Shown here piece after piece: positions 50,799 through 63,685 of a stretch of DNA of 64,000 nt. Under the pieces are notes generated by a model, which saw only the letters and a list, made by a program, of their open reading frames with translations, did not search any database and was not told where the DNA came from. The number at the start of each line of letters is the position of its first letter. The stretch's first letter is position 1. The DNA comes from Octopus sinensis. Taxonomy: Eukaryota. The position numbers and the translations under genes are program-made. Location of the stretch: NCBI RefSeq assembly GCF_006345805.1, contig NC_043007.1, positions 12,710,001 through 12,774,000 on the forward strand. The letters are read 5' to 3'.

Positions 50799-52999
50799 AT
50801 ATATAAAAACACAATGTTATTTCTTATCATGCTTATACAATAATCTTTTTACCCTCAGGTCTGTTTTCCTCTAACCGTTTTTGTTGGTGAAATTCAATAT
50901 CACTCATGAATTATAACACTGTGCAGTTAAATTAACACAAATTTATGCTCAAAGACTAACAAAATAACGACGTTCGTTAAGGTTTTCATCTTAATATATT
51001 TAGTAGGGAGTGTAGGTACCTTAAATTTTGTACAGGGGCTCATCTGACTTTTGCTTACATTCTCTATAACCCCAGGTAAGGCTAGGTACACCTTGGTTCA
51101 TCTTTAATGTTTCCTCAGATTCACGACTTGCATATCATATGCAATATGTAATATAAGGTCTTTCCTTTTACAATTTACTGAAATTACTGTTACACATTGT
51201 ATATAAGCTTAGCTTTTAGACAGACAATATATTTTCTTAGTCCGTTAACATTCAGACTAGTTTCAAAATCTTATGCTCATTCACATTGTCTTGTAGCTTT
51301 GGCATTTCAATGATGTGATTGTTTAGTTTAGAATGACATTGTCAGGTAAGTGAGAGAAGTTAGATCTGGTCAGTTTCAACCTAAAACGGACAGAATATTT
51401 TAACCTGATATGGCCCGCTTAAATGCCAAAAAGTTAATAAAATTCAAAAAGAAGGAAGCAAGCACCTGTCTCTATATTTATTCTTCATCAGTTTGTATTC
51501 TACCTGTCCTATATATAAACTTGTAGAATGTAGAATATTTGCTTAAAAATATTAAATGATTATTTGGACTGTTTCCTTTCTTTAAATAAGTTGGTTAATA
51601 TCAATGTTTATCATTATCTATTATGTGGGATTTTTTTTCCAAATTTCACTTAAAAGAATAATTTTCTGGCTAGAAGAGTTCCTAATTCATTTTATAGCAA
51701 TCAACCTAAAATATCTGCATAGGAATGGCTATGAAGAGCAGGTTCCTTTTTGTTATTCCCAAAGATTTTATATAGCCGCTTTCTGTCCAAATTTTAACCA
51801 TTAATTTCTCTCCGTTGATTTCATTTTTCTTTTCCTTTTGTCATCTGTTTGTCTAATTTGATCCGTCTTTCCTCAATCTGATGCCATGACAGTTGCAGCC
51901 AGTGCATGTTGCTATTTGCTCGTTTTTGAAACTGCATGCAACACCTTTTTTTATTTTTCTCTCTTTGATTCTTTTATATCTTCCTTATTTCCTTCCTTTC
52001 TTTTCATCTTTGTAATTCTTCTTTGTATTGTCAGCTGTCTGAAAAGCTTACTGTTATATTTTATAACAAGCTTGCAAATATTTTCCATTCAGGTCTAAGG
52101 TTTAGGTTATTTTCATGTACGTTTTGTCATATCATTGATAACACATATTAATATGATTTTGAATTTAAAAAACAAACTCTGCTTATTTGAATTTTGAAAA
52201 AAAATTGTGTTTTGCAGGGAAGGGGAATTTTTCTGGTTTTTCTTAATAGCATTCAATCATTTTTTATTTTCTACCTGACTTGTAACTATAACACAACAGA
52301 TGGAATGAAACTATTGTATTACTTGAATCTTGTGGATTTTTCTTACAACCATTAGTCTAACACTGAAGGAGATAAGGACCTGTTACACCAGACACACACT
52401 CATTTGATCATTTTTATGCCTGTTTTTTCCATGCTAGCATGGGTTGGACAGAAGTTTATTCAAGACAGTAGATTATAGTTAGACACATTCCCTGTCACCA
52501 GCCATTACTTGTCTTTCAAGTAAGGGTGTTTTTGGGGGTTTGCTTGTTTTTTATTTTTATTTTTTTATTCTGCTGGTCTTTGAAAACACTGAGCAACAGG
52601 ATGTATTGTCAATGGGAAATGCAAACATTACATCACTGTATTATTCAGACAGTGACCAGTGAGGTCAAGAAACATCAGCATTTGTACACACACACACACA
52701 CACACACACACGTATACATACTTAGATAAACTAATTTCCATATTTGTTCCTGTCTGACAATTCACAAGGCATTGGTTGGCACAAAGCTATATTTGAAGAC
52801 ACTTGCCCTGGGTGTCCTACAATGAAATTGAAACCATGTGGCTACAAAGTGAACATAAATATATTCATTTATTAAGGTACATGTCCTAGTGGTTAGGTTG
52901 TTGCACTCGTGTTTTCACAAGATGGTGGTTTTGATTCCTGGACTAGGTGGTGCTTTGTTGTTCTTGACCAGAACACTTCATTTCAAATTGCTTAATGAC

Positions 53000-53570
53000 C
53001 ACTGATATCTGACATGTGGCACACCATGCACCTGTACAGGTAATAGCAATTTGATGAAGGGAGTGCGCTAACGTATGCCACATACATTTGATCACTACAA
53101 AAGAAATCATCTGTGTAGGTTGTGCAGCACAAAGTTGCAGAATCCTCTTCAGTGTGAGAGTCCACTGTACCAAACCAGAATTGGTTCAGTTCCCTATAAC
53201 ATTTGCCGTAGGAACTGAGTTTGTCTCTAATCAAAGAAATTACTGAAGTTTGGTGCTGTGATTTACTGAATCCAACACCTTTTCCAGATTCCTCATTGGA
53301 ACTACAATTGGTTTTGGCTCTCACAAATCCTCCCTATTTTTTCATTTCAACATGATGGTCGTCCACTCGTGACAGAGGAAGACCATTGCCGACTTTTAGG
53401 AACATTTTGCGCTCTAGGACTAACTTATATTTTGCATTTACGGCTCTGTTGGTGGCTAATGAGCCCTGCCCTTGACAACCATACATGGCTGCAAACATTG
53501 CAGGCCAAGCTTTCCCCATTCACTATACAAGCCATGCGCTTTCAAGCAGCACACTTAAATTCTTCATGCA
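53000..53570 (-). mobile_element. Decayed mariner transposase fragment (HTH region)
   Basis: The minus strand gives SGRPS...and LSSYG...HTEED...TDD...DQM, a frameshifted version of mariner SGRPS..ELGLSYGSV..ILTEDL..LTDDQ. Confidence 0.55.
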
Positions 53571-54999
53571 GAATACGTACATGCATATGCATGCACACAC
53601 ACACACACACTTCTCAAGTATTTTAGAAAGGTTGTTTGTTTCAGTCAGCATTTTCTTTTTCAGTACAAGAATTATATTAACTTTCCTTTTGCAGACAAAG
53701 AGGATTTTGGTTTTTGTTTTGGCTTGGTTTTGTCTGCTTTTAACAGTTCTGAACCTTGCAAGTAACTGGAAGCTGTTTTATCGTTAGAAGGCAATATTTG
53801 GTAATGAGGTAGATTATAAAAGATTAACAGATCATTAATCCGAAATGATGCACTGTTTAAGTGCAAGACTTCAGATTTCATTGGAGTCGTGGCTAAATAG
53901 CTTCATCTAGGATTTGAAACTGGTTCATAGGTTTACTGGAGATTTACTCTGTTTTTTGAAATGGTCACCGCTACACCAGACATTAAGGCTTGAATTTTAA
54001 ATTAAAATTATCGCTGACCTGGTCTTGATGATATTTTCGATTCCAATTTGCTATGGAAAGCATTGATAAATACATTTGGTACAAGGCCACAGAATATATA
54101 GGAACCAAAATCAGTTTTGGTTATAACGAAAATTATATGAGTTCATATTGGAGATTTCTTACTTTGTCGGCTCTAAAGAAATGGAAAGCAAAGTTGGACT
54201 GTCAAGATTTGAGCTTAGAATGTAGGACATCAAGATCAAATATTGTAAGACTACATTTAGTTTGTTGAGCTGGTGTTTCTCTCTCTGCAGATTTTCAGTA
54301 TTTGATGATTAACCCCTAAGCATTCAGATTAGTTTGTGAAATGCATTGTAGCTTATAGCTTCGAGATATTGAGGATGTGATTGTTTATTTTTAAAATGAC
54401 ATTGTGGGATAGGTGAGAGAGGCCAGATCTGGCCAGTTTGAACATAAAACAGGGTGAATATTTTGGCCTGATGTGGCTGATTTAAATGCAAAAATTTAAT
54501 TAAAAATTGATTTACAAATAGAATGCAGCTTAGTTTTTATGCTTTCCTGAACAAATAAACATTCCGTTGACTTATTTTTTGCTTTCCTATTCTAAGCTTT
54601 TCTATAAGTGTTCTGGCTCCAAGAATTTACCGAAACAGTCTAGCTTCAATATTTCTCTGTTTTTCTTGTACTTTTTATTATTATTATTACTATTATTGTA
54701 TTGGCATGCTGCATTTTACAAAACAGCAACTTACCAATATGTTATATTAAATGAGTTTCAATTTTCTTCTAAATTTAATATTATTCGTCTTTTCAAGTAA
54801 AATTTAGATGTCATACTCTAAATCTTTATTAACTTGTTTCTTTTATTTTTACTATCATTTGTTCCTATTTTGGATTCATCTGCCAAACTTTTTTTTCTGT
54901 TTTGATTGGACAATATTTTTCTGTTTTCAGACAAAATCAATAATTCTTTAAAATATTATTATTGGTATTGTGATGCTGGATTGATTGAATTGTTAAAGA

Positions 55000-55600
55000 A
55001 TTGGTGGGGAAAATACCTTGTGGTGTTTGTTCTGGTGTTTATATTCTAAGTTCAAATCCATCCAGGATTGGTAAAACCAGTGCAAGTACAGGGACCGTTT
55101 TGACCAATTCTACCAAATTTGAGGCTTTGTGCTTAGGTTAGAAACGATTATCAAAGATGTGGTTTGACAGAATTGGTTTAGCATTGAGCGAAATATTTTG
55201 CAGTATTTTGTTCCAAGTCTTTCCAGCTTGAGATCAAATCCTACTGAGTTTAACTCTGCCCCTTCATTCTTTCAGGGTCAGTAAAACAAAGTTCCCGGCA
55301 AGTACTGGGGTTGATGCAATTGACTTGTCCCCTCTCCTATGTCCTTCTGCCAAAATTTGAAATCATCATCATCATCATCATCATTGTGCCAAGCAGCACT
55401 TCTCCTGGCTCTTTACATTCTGAGTTCAAATCTCATTGGGTCAACTTTGCCTTTCATCCTTTCAGGGTAGATTTAATTGACTAGCCCCTTCCCCCAAATT
55501 TCAGGCCCTGTGCCTATAATAGAAGGGATTGTTATTATTATTATTATTATTATATTATTATTATTACCATCATCATCTTCATTGAAGTGGGTTGACAGAG
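55000..55600 (+). mobile_element. Cluster of three to four degenerate SINE B copies
   Basis: Repeated gagttcaaatc...ctttgcctttcatcctttcaggg and aggccctgtgcctataatagaaggga motifs, with CAT/TTA spacers. Confidence 0.7.
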
Positions 55601-56295
55601 TTATTAAAATGTTGTACAAAATGCCTTGTGGTATTTAGTTACAGCTCTTTACATTCTCAATCCAAGTCCAACTAAAGTCAAACTTCACATTTCATCCAAT
55701 CCTAATCCTGGGGTAAATTTAATCAGTTAATCCGCTCTCTGCTTAAAAACTTGTGGCTTTGTGCCTTCTGATTTTAAGAAACTGAAAGAAAAAAAAAATT
55801 TGTAACTCAATAATTTGAACAGTTAATAATGTCTAAATCTTCATTATTGTTTCAAAAATGTAAAAGAGAAAGTTCTGGAAACCACCATTACTTCTAATTC
55901 CCTTCTATTGCACAGCTATATATATATGTGTATGTCTATATATATATATATATATATTATTACTAGAATCAGTGTGCTTTATATGTTTGTATATTCAATT
56001 TTTTTGCATTTATTTTAATGTCGTTCCTCCATGTCGCTTTGCATGTGATTTTCTCAACCATTTTCCTTTATTTTTTTTCTTCTTTGTATCCTTTATATGC
56101 ATGTTTTCCTTTGAAAATCCCTGTGTTTTTTCTGTAGATTTAAGGGTATTTTTTTTTTCTTTCTAAATCTTCATTATTATTTTTTTTCTTCTTCTTTCCA
56201 TTTAAAAAAAAAAAAAAAACTTGTTGCACTCCTTGCTTCTTTTTGTCTCCCTGTTGCCACAATTCCACCACCGACTATTTCTGTTAACTTTGCAG

Positions 56296-56579
56296 TGCTG
56301 AGACTGCTGACAATCATAACCCTGATTCAATATACTCCAGCTCAACATACGTTGCTCCTCCTCCTTACTCTTCTATTACTGCTCCTACTACTACCACTAC
56401 CACTACTACCACCACTACTGATATCAAAGATGCTGATGGTAGGAATCCGTTTGGTGACCCCGACAGCGATGATTGGCTTGACGACACAACATTGGTGGAT
56501 GATAACCGACCAGGTGTGCCAGTGCGCGCTTTATATGATTATAGTGCAACGGCTCCAGATGAGCTGACTTTTAAAGCAG
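56296..56579 (+). CDS. PACSIN: PACSIN exon with PPPY, poly-Thr, NPF and the N-terminal half of SH3 (GRNPFGDPDSDDW...VPVRALYDYSATAPDELTFKAG)
   Basis: Acceptor aactttgcAG, donor G|GTGAGC, phase 2 to 1. ALYDY and DELxFKAG are SH3 signatures. This frame is missing from the ORF track and was translated by hand. Confidence 0.95.
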
Positions 56580-57784
56580 GTGAGCTCAGATTACTCTAAA
56601 AAAAAAAACACTGAAAGTGATCAAATATACTAAATGGTGTCATGTTTGAAAAATCAAAAAGCAATTCTTCGATTAAGTTTGCTCTGGAATAAATTAATCA
56701 TTTCTTTTCTAATCTAAAAAAAAAAAAAATTCCTGCTCTTTTTTTTTCTGCTTTTTTTCATGATTCTTTTCATGAATTTGAGGTTTTGTTATTTTTCTTT
56801 TATTTTCTGGACAAGTTCTGGACATTGGTTGATTTTCTTGGTTTTTCCCAAATATTTTTGGTTTTTTTTTCTTCTGTGACTGACTCCTAATCTTAAAAAT
56901 ATAATCTAGCCTTTTGATTATAGGGACCAGCTTTATCTTTTAAATCTTGAGTAGTGATTATCACATTTAATTGTATTGATGTGGGTTTAGTCCAAAGATC
57001 ACAGTCGTTGAGCTTTTTAGGGCCTCCCAGACTGGTGAGAAGGACACTGATACCCAACCTGAACATCACCATGAAAAAATATAGGTAGGAAGGTGACCAG
57101 AGGTCTTGGCTAGAATGCTTATGACAGAATGAACTCTACTAAAGTTACTCAAGGACCAAGAGGTGGCTTGAAACTAGGCAGAATGTTAAACTTGGCACCG
57201 AAGTAGAGTTAGAAGTTTGAAACCATCAGTTGTGTATCAGGTATAGGGAAGCTTTTTCACTGAGTCCTCAAACCAACAAATTCTCTGGATTACTTGTAAA
57301 ATTAAAATAAGATTGTGGAAGGTGTTTATAAGCCATTTAAGAAACACACAAAAACCATTAGATTCACTTTGACATTTAAATTTAATTTGTCAAAATATTT
57401 TCGCTTTGAGACTGCGACCTGTTCACTGACAAAACTTCGTGCTGCAATTGTTTTTGTTCCAGCACAAATCTCAGATCAAGTCACTCGCTATGCAAGTACA
57501 TCTCCCTAAAATAAGATTTTTAATTAAAATATTGAGACTACAATTATTAAAACTACTACCATATTTTGTTGGTTACTTAGGTATTGTTTCTGTCTTTCCA
57601 ATTGTAAAAAATATTACCGTTTTTTACTTTGGGATTTTATTAAATGAATCTATTTTACAATAGGTGATATTTAGCAAATGATATTTTGCATTTCTGATTC
57701 TTTGCTTAACACCAGTAAGTAGGTTGTATCAGTATTTGAAAGCTTTCTCAATATTCATATTTCATGTTTATTCAGCGTCTGAAC

Positions 57785-57933
57785 CAGTCATGGCCAAACT
57801 GCAGGCAGCAGGACTTTCTGTTTGTTCTGCCTAATGAAAAATTACCTTCAGCATTATTTAGTAATGTGGCCTGTTTGATAATAGTGCTGTGTCTCAAGTG
57901 GCCTGTTTTTCAAAAAAGATTGCCCATGTCCAG
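57785..57933. mobile_element. Possible hAT/Charlie-like MITE
   Basis: Ends cagtcatggccaaactgc and aaaaagattgcccatgtccag. Confidence 0.4.
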
Positions 57934-59795
57934 TGTAATTCCTTAGGAAAATTCAGTGTGTTCTATTTCACTAGTCTTAATTTGTTTGTTTGCATTCTTC
58001 CTTGTTGAAGAAATGTTGTCAGTGCTTTGTTGTTCTCAAACCAGTTTTGATTTACTAACTTAGCAACGAAACCTTTCAGTCACTTTCTGAAGCCATCGGA
58101 TTAGCATTCAGTTAAGCCTAGAATGTCAAAATGTTTGCTGCAAGGAATGCAGTTTTGTGTCTGTAATGCCCTGCTGTACACTGCTTCTCTACTAACCCCT
58201 TGTTTCACTCTTTATTTTATTCTTTGGTCAAAATGCTGAAGGGCAATGACCATGAATTCCTGTATGGCCTCTGGCTGATGCAAGGGAAGGACAAGATTAT
58301 TCTCTGACCAGAGATCTAGTTTGAATTATTATAACGGTGTGGATTCTGATAAAAGCACCAAAGATTCAGCTGGTCATGTTAAAACACAACAGATGCTGTC
58401 TCCCACTCAAAGACAGGATTTGTTCCACTGGACATCCACACAGTTTCCATCTCCCAGACTTACCTACCCAAAGCCATGGTAGAATGAAACTGCTCAGTGT
58501 GCTATGCATTGGGATTGAACCTGAAATCACATGGTTGCAAAACAAACTTCTTGACCACTCAGTCCTGCTTGCGTTTATTTACAAAACTTTGAAGGGTTTT
58601 GTTGTTGTTTTTTATTTTTCTTCTGTTGTTGATATTTTACAAAAACAGGAAATATTTAGATAGAAAGCAGAAAGCTGGAAATTTAAATCACAGAATGATG
58701 CCATGCGATGCTGCTATGGTAATGCTAAATTGTTCTCATGGAATAGACAGAAGTAATATTCTTGAATTATTGTGTACGATACTCTAGTAAATCATTATTT
58801 CAGTGATTGGAAGGGGTTTCGGATAACCCAACTAGAGTTTTAAGCTTTTGAACTGTGGATGATTTAAAAGTAAAAAACTGTCTGGGAGAAGAAAGATTAT
58901 ATTTCCCATCTTGTTTGTATCTCTTCACACCATATTTGGTTATCACAGAACAAAGCTTTAGAATCTAGAATTGAGATATTACAGTTGCTGAATATGAAGC
59001 TACAGAACATTCTTTCTCATCTACTTTCCTGATACCTCAAAACCTTGCCTAATTTCCAATGTAGTCGCCTTTCACTGAAACCCAGCACAAAAATACATCA
59101 TTTTCCTTCAACTTCATCATCACCTGTTTATTGTTTCAGTGTCTTTTATTCAATATTTCACAACCTACTCATTCATTAGTTAAAAAATCCATCATTTATA
59201 TTGTGGCATTTTTTTTTTTACCTCCCTCATATTAAATAATACCACTTTTAAAAATTTTTTCTTAATACTTTACATTACTAGATGACAAACTGTTCTGGAT
59301 TGGAGTTTTGAAGCATGCAGTTATTGACCCACCAGTTTACGCATGTCTTCCAATCTTCTCTTTAAAACCTTAGTTATTTTCTTTTTCTTAATTTGATTAC
59401 TGACATTATGTAATTTTCATTAGTTGTTAATAAATTAAATCTACTTGTAGCTTTTCAAAAATAAATTAGAAAGAAAAAATGTACAAATTTTCAAGTAACG
59501 TCACAGCCACAGTTAAATTACTAGTTTTTTAAAAACTTTTTTATTTGTTTTTCTTTAAATTATTTTCTAAATAATTTAATTCTATTTTAAATCTGTAATT
59601 TTACTTTTAATAGAAATATCTAATATCTCAGCTATGCATCTGTCGCAAGAGAGAGAGAAGCTGTCTGTATATGTGTGTCTGTCTATGTATGTATTCATAG
59701 ATATTTAAAGAAATACATATTTATGAAAATTATAACACAAGGTGTTAGGGTTTGTTTTTAAATGTCTGTCTGCAAACTAATCTTTCTCCTTTTAA

Positions 59796-59912
<117 letters not shown>

Positions 59913-60463
59913 AAAAACACTTAGATAATACGCTAATATAGCCCTTTTATTATCACACAAGACCTTTTTTGCCCTGACCTGGAGTATAATATCAAAACTG
60001 GAAAAAAAAAAAATTACACATTAACATTGAATATCTGTATAATCCTTCTCATGGTACCGATTATAGCTTCCCTTGTCTGAAGAACTATTGTGCAACAACC
60101 ATATCTATAGCTTAACGTTTCACACACACACCCACACACACACACACACATCAACACGGTCAAGAATTGACAGATTCCTTGTGACTTTAGTCCAGTGTTG
60201 GACCTTATATCCAATATTCCCACTGAGTCTGTTTTTAATGATAACCAAATTGGTTTGTACGTCATTGATCAAAGTTCAGGATGTAATCACCGTGAACTGT
60301 AAACCAATTTAGAATTGATTCCACCTTCTATCAGTTATTGATAGTTTCCCCTTTAGATTATTGGCAGAAAGGTCACTACTTTTAGTTCAAACAGTCCAAC
60401 TACAGTAAATTTCCTACATGGTATACATGTCCAAGGGGGTAGGGGAATATTAAACAGAATTTT

Positions 60464-60492
60464 ATATGTGTGTATGCATGTGTGTGTAAGTG

Positions 60493-60531
<39 letters not shown>

Positions 60532-60799
60532 TTGCATATTTGTGTATGCATGTTTGTATGTATACATGTAAGTTTGCATATATATATATGAGTGCATGTG
60601 TGTATAAGTGTATATATGTATGTTTGCATATATCTGTGTATGCATGTTTGTATACATGTAAGTTTGCATAATATATATATATGAGTGCATGTGTGTTTAT
60701 ATATATGCATGTATGTGTATATGTTTGTGTATGTGTCTATATATATATATGTATGTTTCCATATATCTGTATGCATGTTTGTATGTATACATGTAAGTT

Positions 60800-60835
<36 letters not shown>

Positions 60836-60921
60836 TGCATGTGTGTATATATGCATGCGTGTGTGTGTGTATATATATATATATATATGCATGTATGTGT
60901 ATATATGTTTGTGTGTGTGCC

Positions 60922-60953
<32 letters not shown>

Positions 60954-61020
60954 TACATGTATATATATTTATGCATACATGTGAATGCGTGTATGATATA
61001 TCTATATTGCTATATATATA
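60464..61020. repeat. Compound TA/TG/CA microsatellite with higher-order units, in the putative 3' UTR
   Basis: Recurring gtatgcatgtttgtatgtatacatgtaagtttgcata(ta)n tgagtgcatgtgtg blocks at about 60540, 60640 and 60770. Confidence 0.9.
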
Positions 61021-61416
61021 TAGCAATGAAGTTGTTAAAAATTTCTCCATTTTCATTTTTGTTATGTTAGTAATACAGATTATATACGGAAGTAGCTTAA
61101 CTGTCTTGCTAATACAGATGATGATGATGAAGGTACAATTTACAGATTAATTGTCATAGAAATTAATACAAGTTAGATTGCAATACTGGAAGTCTATATC
61201 TCCTAGCAAAGCAGATTATTCTACAACGGTTGAGATTAATGATACAAGAGTAATTGTTGGAAACAAACAAACAAGAAAGAAAAAAAAACAACCTTGAACT
61301 GCAATATAATTAATTATTCTGCAAAACTCCTTCACACTGTTATCCTAAAACTCTACACACATTTTAATGGATGGGCTTTAAAAAAAAAAAAAAAATTTAA
61401 CAAAAGTTAGCTGAGC

Positions 61417-61422
61417 AATAAA
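61417..61422 (+). promoter_or_regulatory. Candidate polyadenylation signal of the syndapin transcript
   Basis: AATAAA followed about 20 nt later by a GT/T-rich tract (gtctttttttttttttttt). It is the first clear AATAAA I found after the stop. No expression data. Confidence 0.35.
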
Positions 61423-62394
61423 TGGTATTTTATCAATCTACGTCTTTTTTTTTTTTTTTTAACTTCGTTTTAATTAATTGTAGTTGATTATGTTAATTAA
61501 AATCCTTTTTTTTTGTCTTTTTGCACACAGAAAGTGCGAACCACTATTTTTCAATTCCCAAAGACAGCCTCGTTGTTGATATTTTTGTCACAAAAATGCA
61601 AAAGTTCATATTTTGATTTTTATTTCGTATTATCTAAAGCTATAAGACGATGGCAAAGTTGCAGAACTATTAACACGCCAAGCCATATGCTGACAGGCAT
61701 TTCATTTGTCCTTATGTTCCGAGTTCAAATTCCGCCAAGGTCAACTTTGCTTTTCATTATCAAAATTGCTGGCCTTGTGCCAAAATAAGAAACCAATATT
61801 ATCTGAAGCTATATAAGCTTTTTGTTTGTTTTTGTTTTCCTTTGAAATATTGCTATATTTTTTTCATATCTTTCCTTCCTCCTCATTGTTCTCTTCACTT
61901 AGTGGAGCCTTAATAATCAACATCCAACCTAATTATTCAGAAGTAGATATTAATTAAGCAATCTGTTAAAATTACACTCTACTTCCATTGGTAAATGCTT
62001 TTTTTTTTTTTTAAGAATTTAAGCTAATTTCATAAGTTTAATTTATATTATTTAAAATATTTTACGCACACACACACAACTATTTCAAGCATTACCTCCT
62101 CTTACTTTTTTTTCTCTATTTTTAATATCATTTTATTACGGAGCTGATAAGAGAATCTCTGAAATCTGCCCAGATTTTTCTTTCAGCCAAAATCTCCCAT
62201 CAGTATTGAATGGAGTTATAGTTATCTCCCTTGTATATTTTGCTATTCCGTGATTTCCCTTCACTGCAAATTTAGTCACTCCATCATCCACTTTTATTAC
62301 TATCAGCCTTTATATATTTTTTATAAAATCAAACAAAATATTGTAATAGATTTTCTTAAAATAGTATGGAAATTGATTTTATAGACATATATAA

Positions 62395-62769
62395 TTAAAT
62401 AATAAGGGTAGAAATTGATGTTAATCAATTAAAACCAGTGGCTTAGCATATTTAAAAATCTGAAGATTAAAAGCTGTGTTACATACAAAATTAAGAGGTC
62501 TGACCACTAAAGTGAACACCTTATATGCTAAACATAGACATCAAATCTTCATTACCACGAAGAATGTGTTCTCAAGAAAAAATCTCTGCAAAATGTAAAA
62601 ATGAGTAAGACAAATGAAAACATACAAAATAAAAACGTTTTTATTTCGTATGTTTGCTCATTTTTACATTTTGGTGTTTTGCTGAGAACACATTCTTCGT
62701 GGTAATGGCGATTTAATGTCTATGTTTAGCATATAAGGTGTTCACTTTAGTGGTCATTCCTCTTAATTT

Positions 62770-62772
<3 letters not shown>
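62395..62772. mobile_element. Second copy of the 14520 family, also folded back
   Basis: Arms 62485-62636 and 62637-62772 are centred on the palindrome aaataaaaacgtttttattt. Confidence 0.8.
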
Positions 62773-62794
<22 letters not shown>

Positions 62795-62800
<6 letters not shown>

Positions 62801-62934
62801 CATCATCATCGTTTAATGTCCGCTTTCCATGCTAGCATGGGTTGGACGAATGACTGAGGGCTGGTGAACCTTAGTCATTCATCCAACCCATGCTAGCATG
62901 GAAAGCGGACATTAAACAATGATGATGATATATA
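62795..62934. mobile_element. Fold-back of a SINE C 3' end
   Basis: (CAT)n-gtttaatgtccgctttccatgctagcatgggttgga...tccaacccatgctagcatggaaagcggacattaaac-(ATG)n, loop 62860-62868. Confidence 0.9.
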
Positions 62935-63455
62935 GATATATTATAATTAGCAATTATTTGCACCGTTTAGAAATTCAGCTGATGATAAATGTAACAGCAG
63001 AAATACACAATTGAAGGGAAATGTAGGTGTGATACTTTCAGAATTATTCAATTATTATTAAGTTGTAATATATAATTATTGATTTATTGATGATCTTAGC
63101 ATCTAAATTTATAAAACGAATTATATAAAAAAAAATCTAAGTAACCTGGGTTGTGACTACTAAGTTTTTGTATAATGAAGAGGGTGATCTGATTCTGAAG
63201 ATTAAAATGGTGTTCAGTGTTGCACATATTGATTTACTGTATCTGCTGGCATACAAGACGCACCCCTATTTTCCAAATATATTTTGTATTAAAAAAAAAA
63301 ATGAAAAAAAAATTAGCATTTGAACATACACTTAATGATATTTTTATGTGGCTTTGTATTGGGGGAAATGTTTGATTCTGTGTGTGTGAATATGTCTGAT
63401 ATTGCCAGCCAATCAATATTATTGTGTGCATATAACTCTTAATATTTCTTACCAA

Positions 63456-63685
63456 TGTGGCGAGCTGGCAGAATCGTTAGCATTCCAGACGAGATGCTTG
63501 GTAATTTGTCCATCTTCGTGTTCTGAGTTCAAATTCTGCCATGGTCAGCTGTGCCTTTCATCCTTTCAGGGTTGATAAAATAAGTACCAGTTGTGTACTG
63601 GATGGGCGGGGGGTGAGGGCAATGTAATGGGCTTACCCCCTCCTCCAAAATTGCTGGCCTTGTGCCAAAATTTGAAATCAATATT
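63456..63685 (+). mobile_element. SINE B
   Basis: gtggcgagctggcagaatcgttagc...aaattgctggccttgtgccaaaatttgaaa. Confidence 0.85.

Noticed and set aside
60400-61150. Several 67-129 aa ORFs rich in Y, I, C, V, H and T
   Set aside because: Translations of TA/TG/CA microsatellite. The same applies to ORFs at 3411, 6520, 12660 and 50629.
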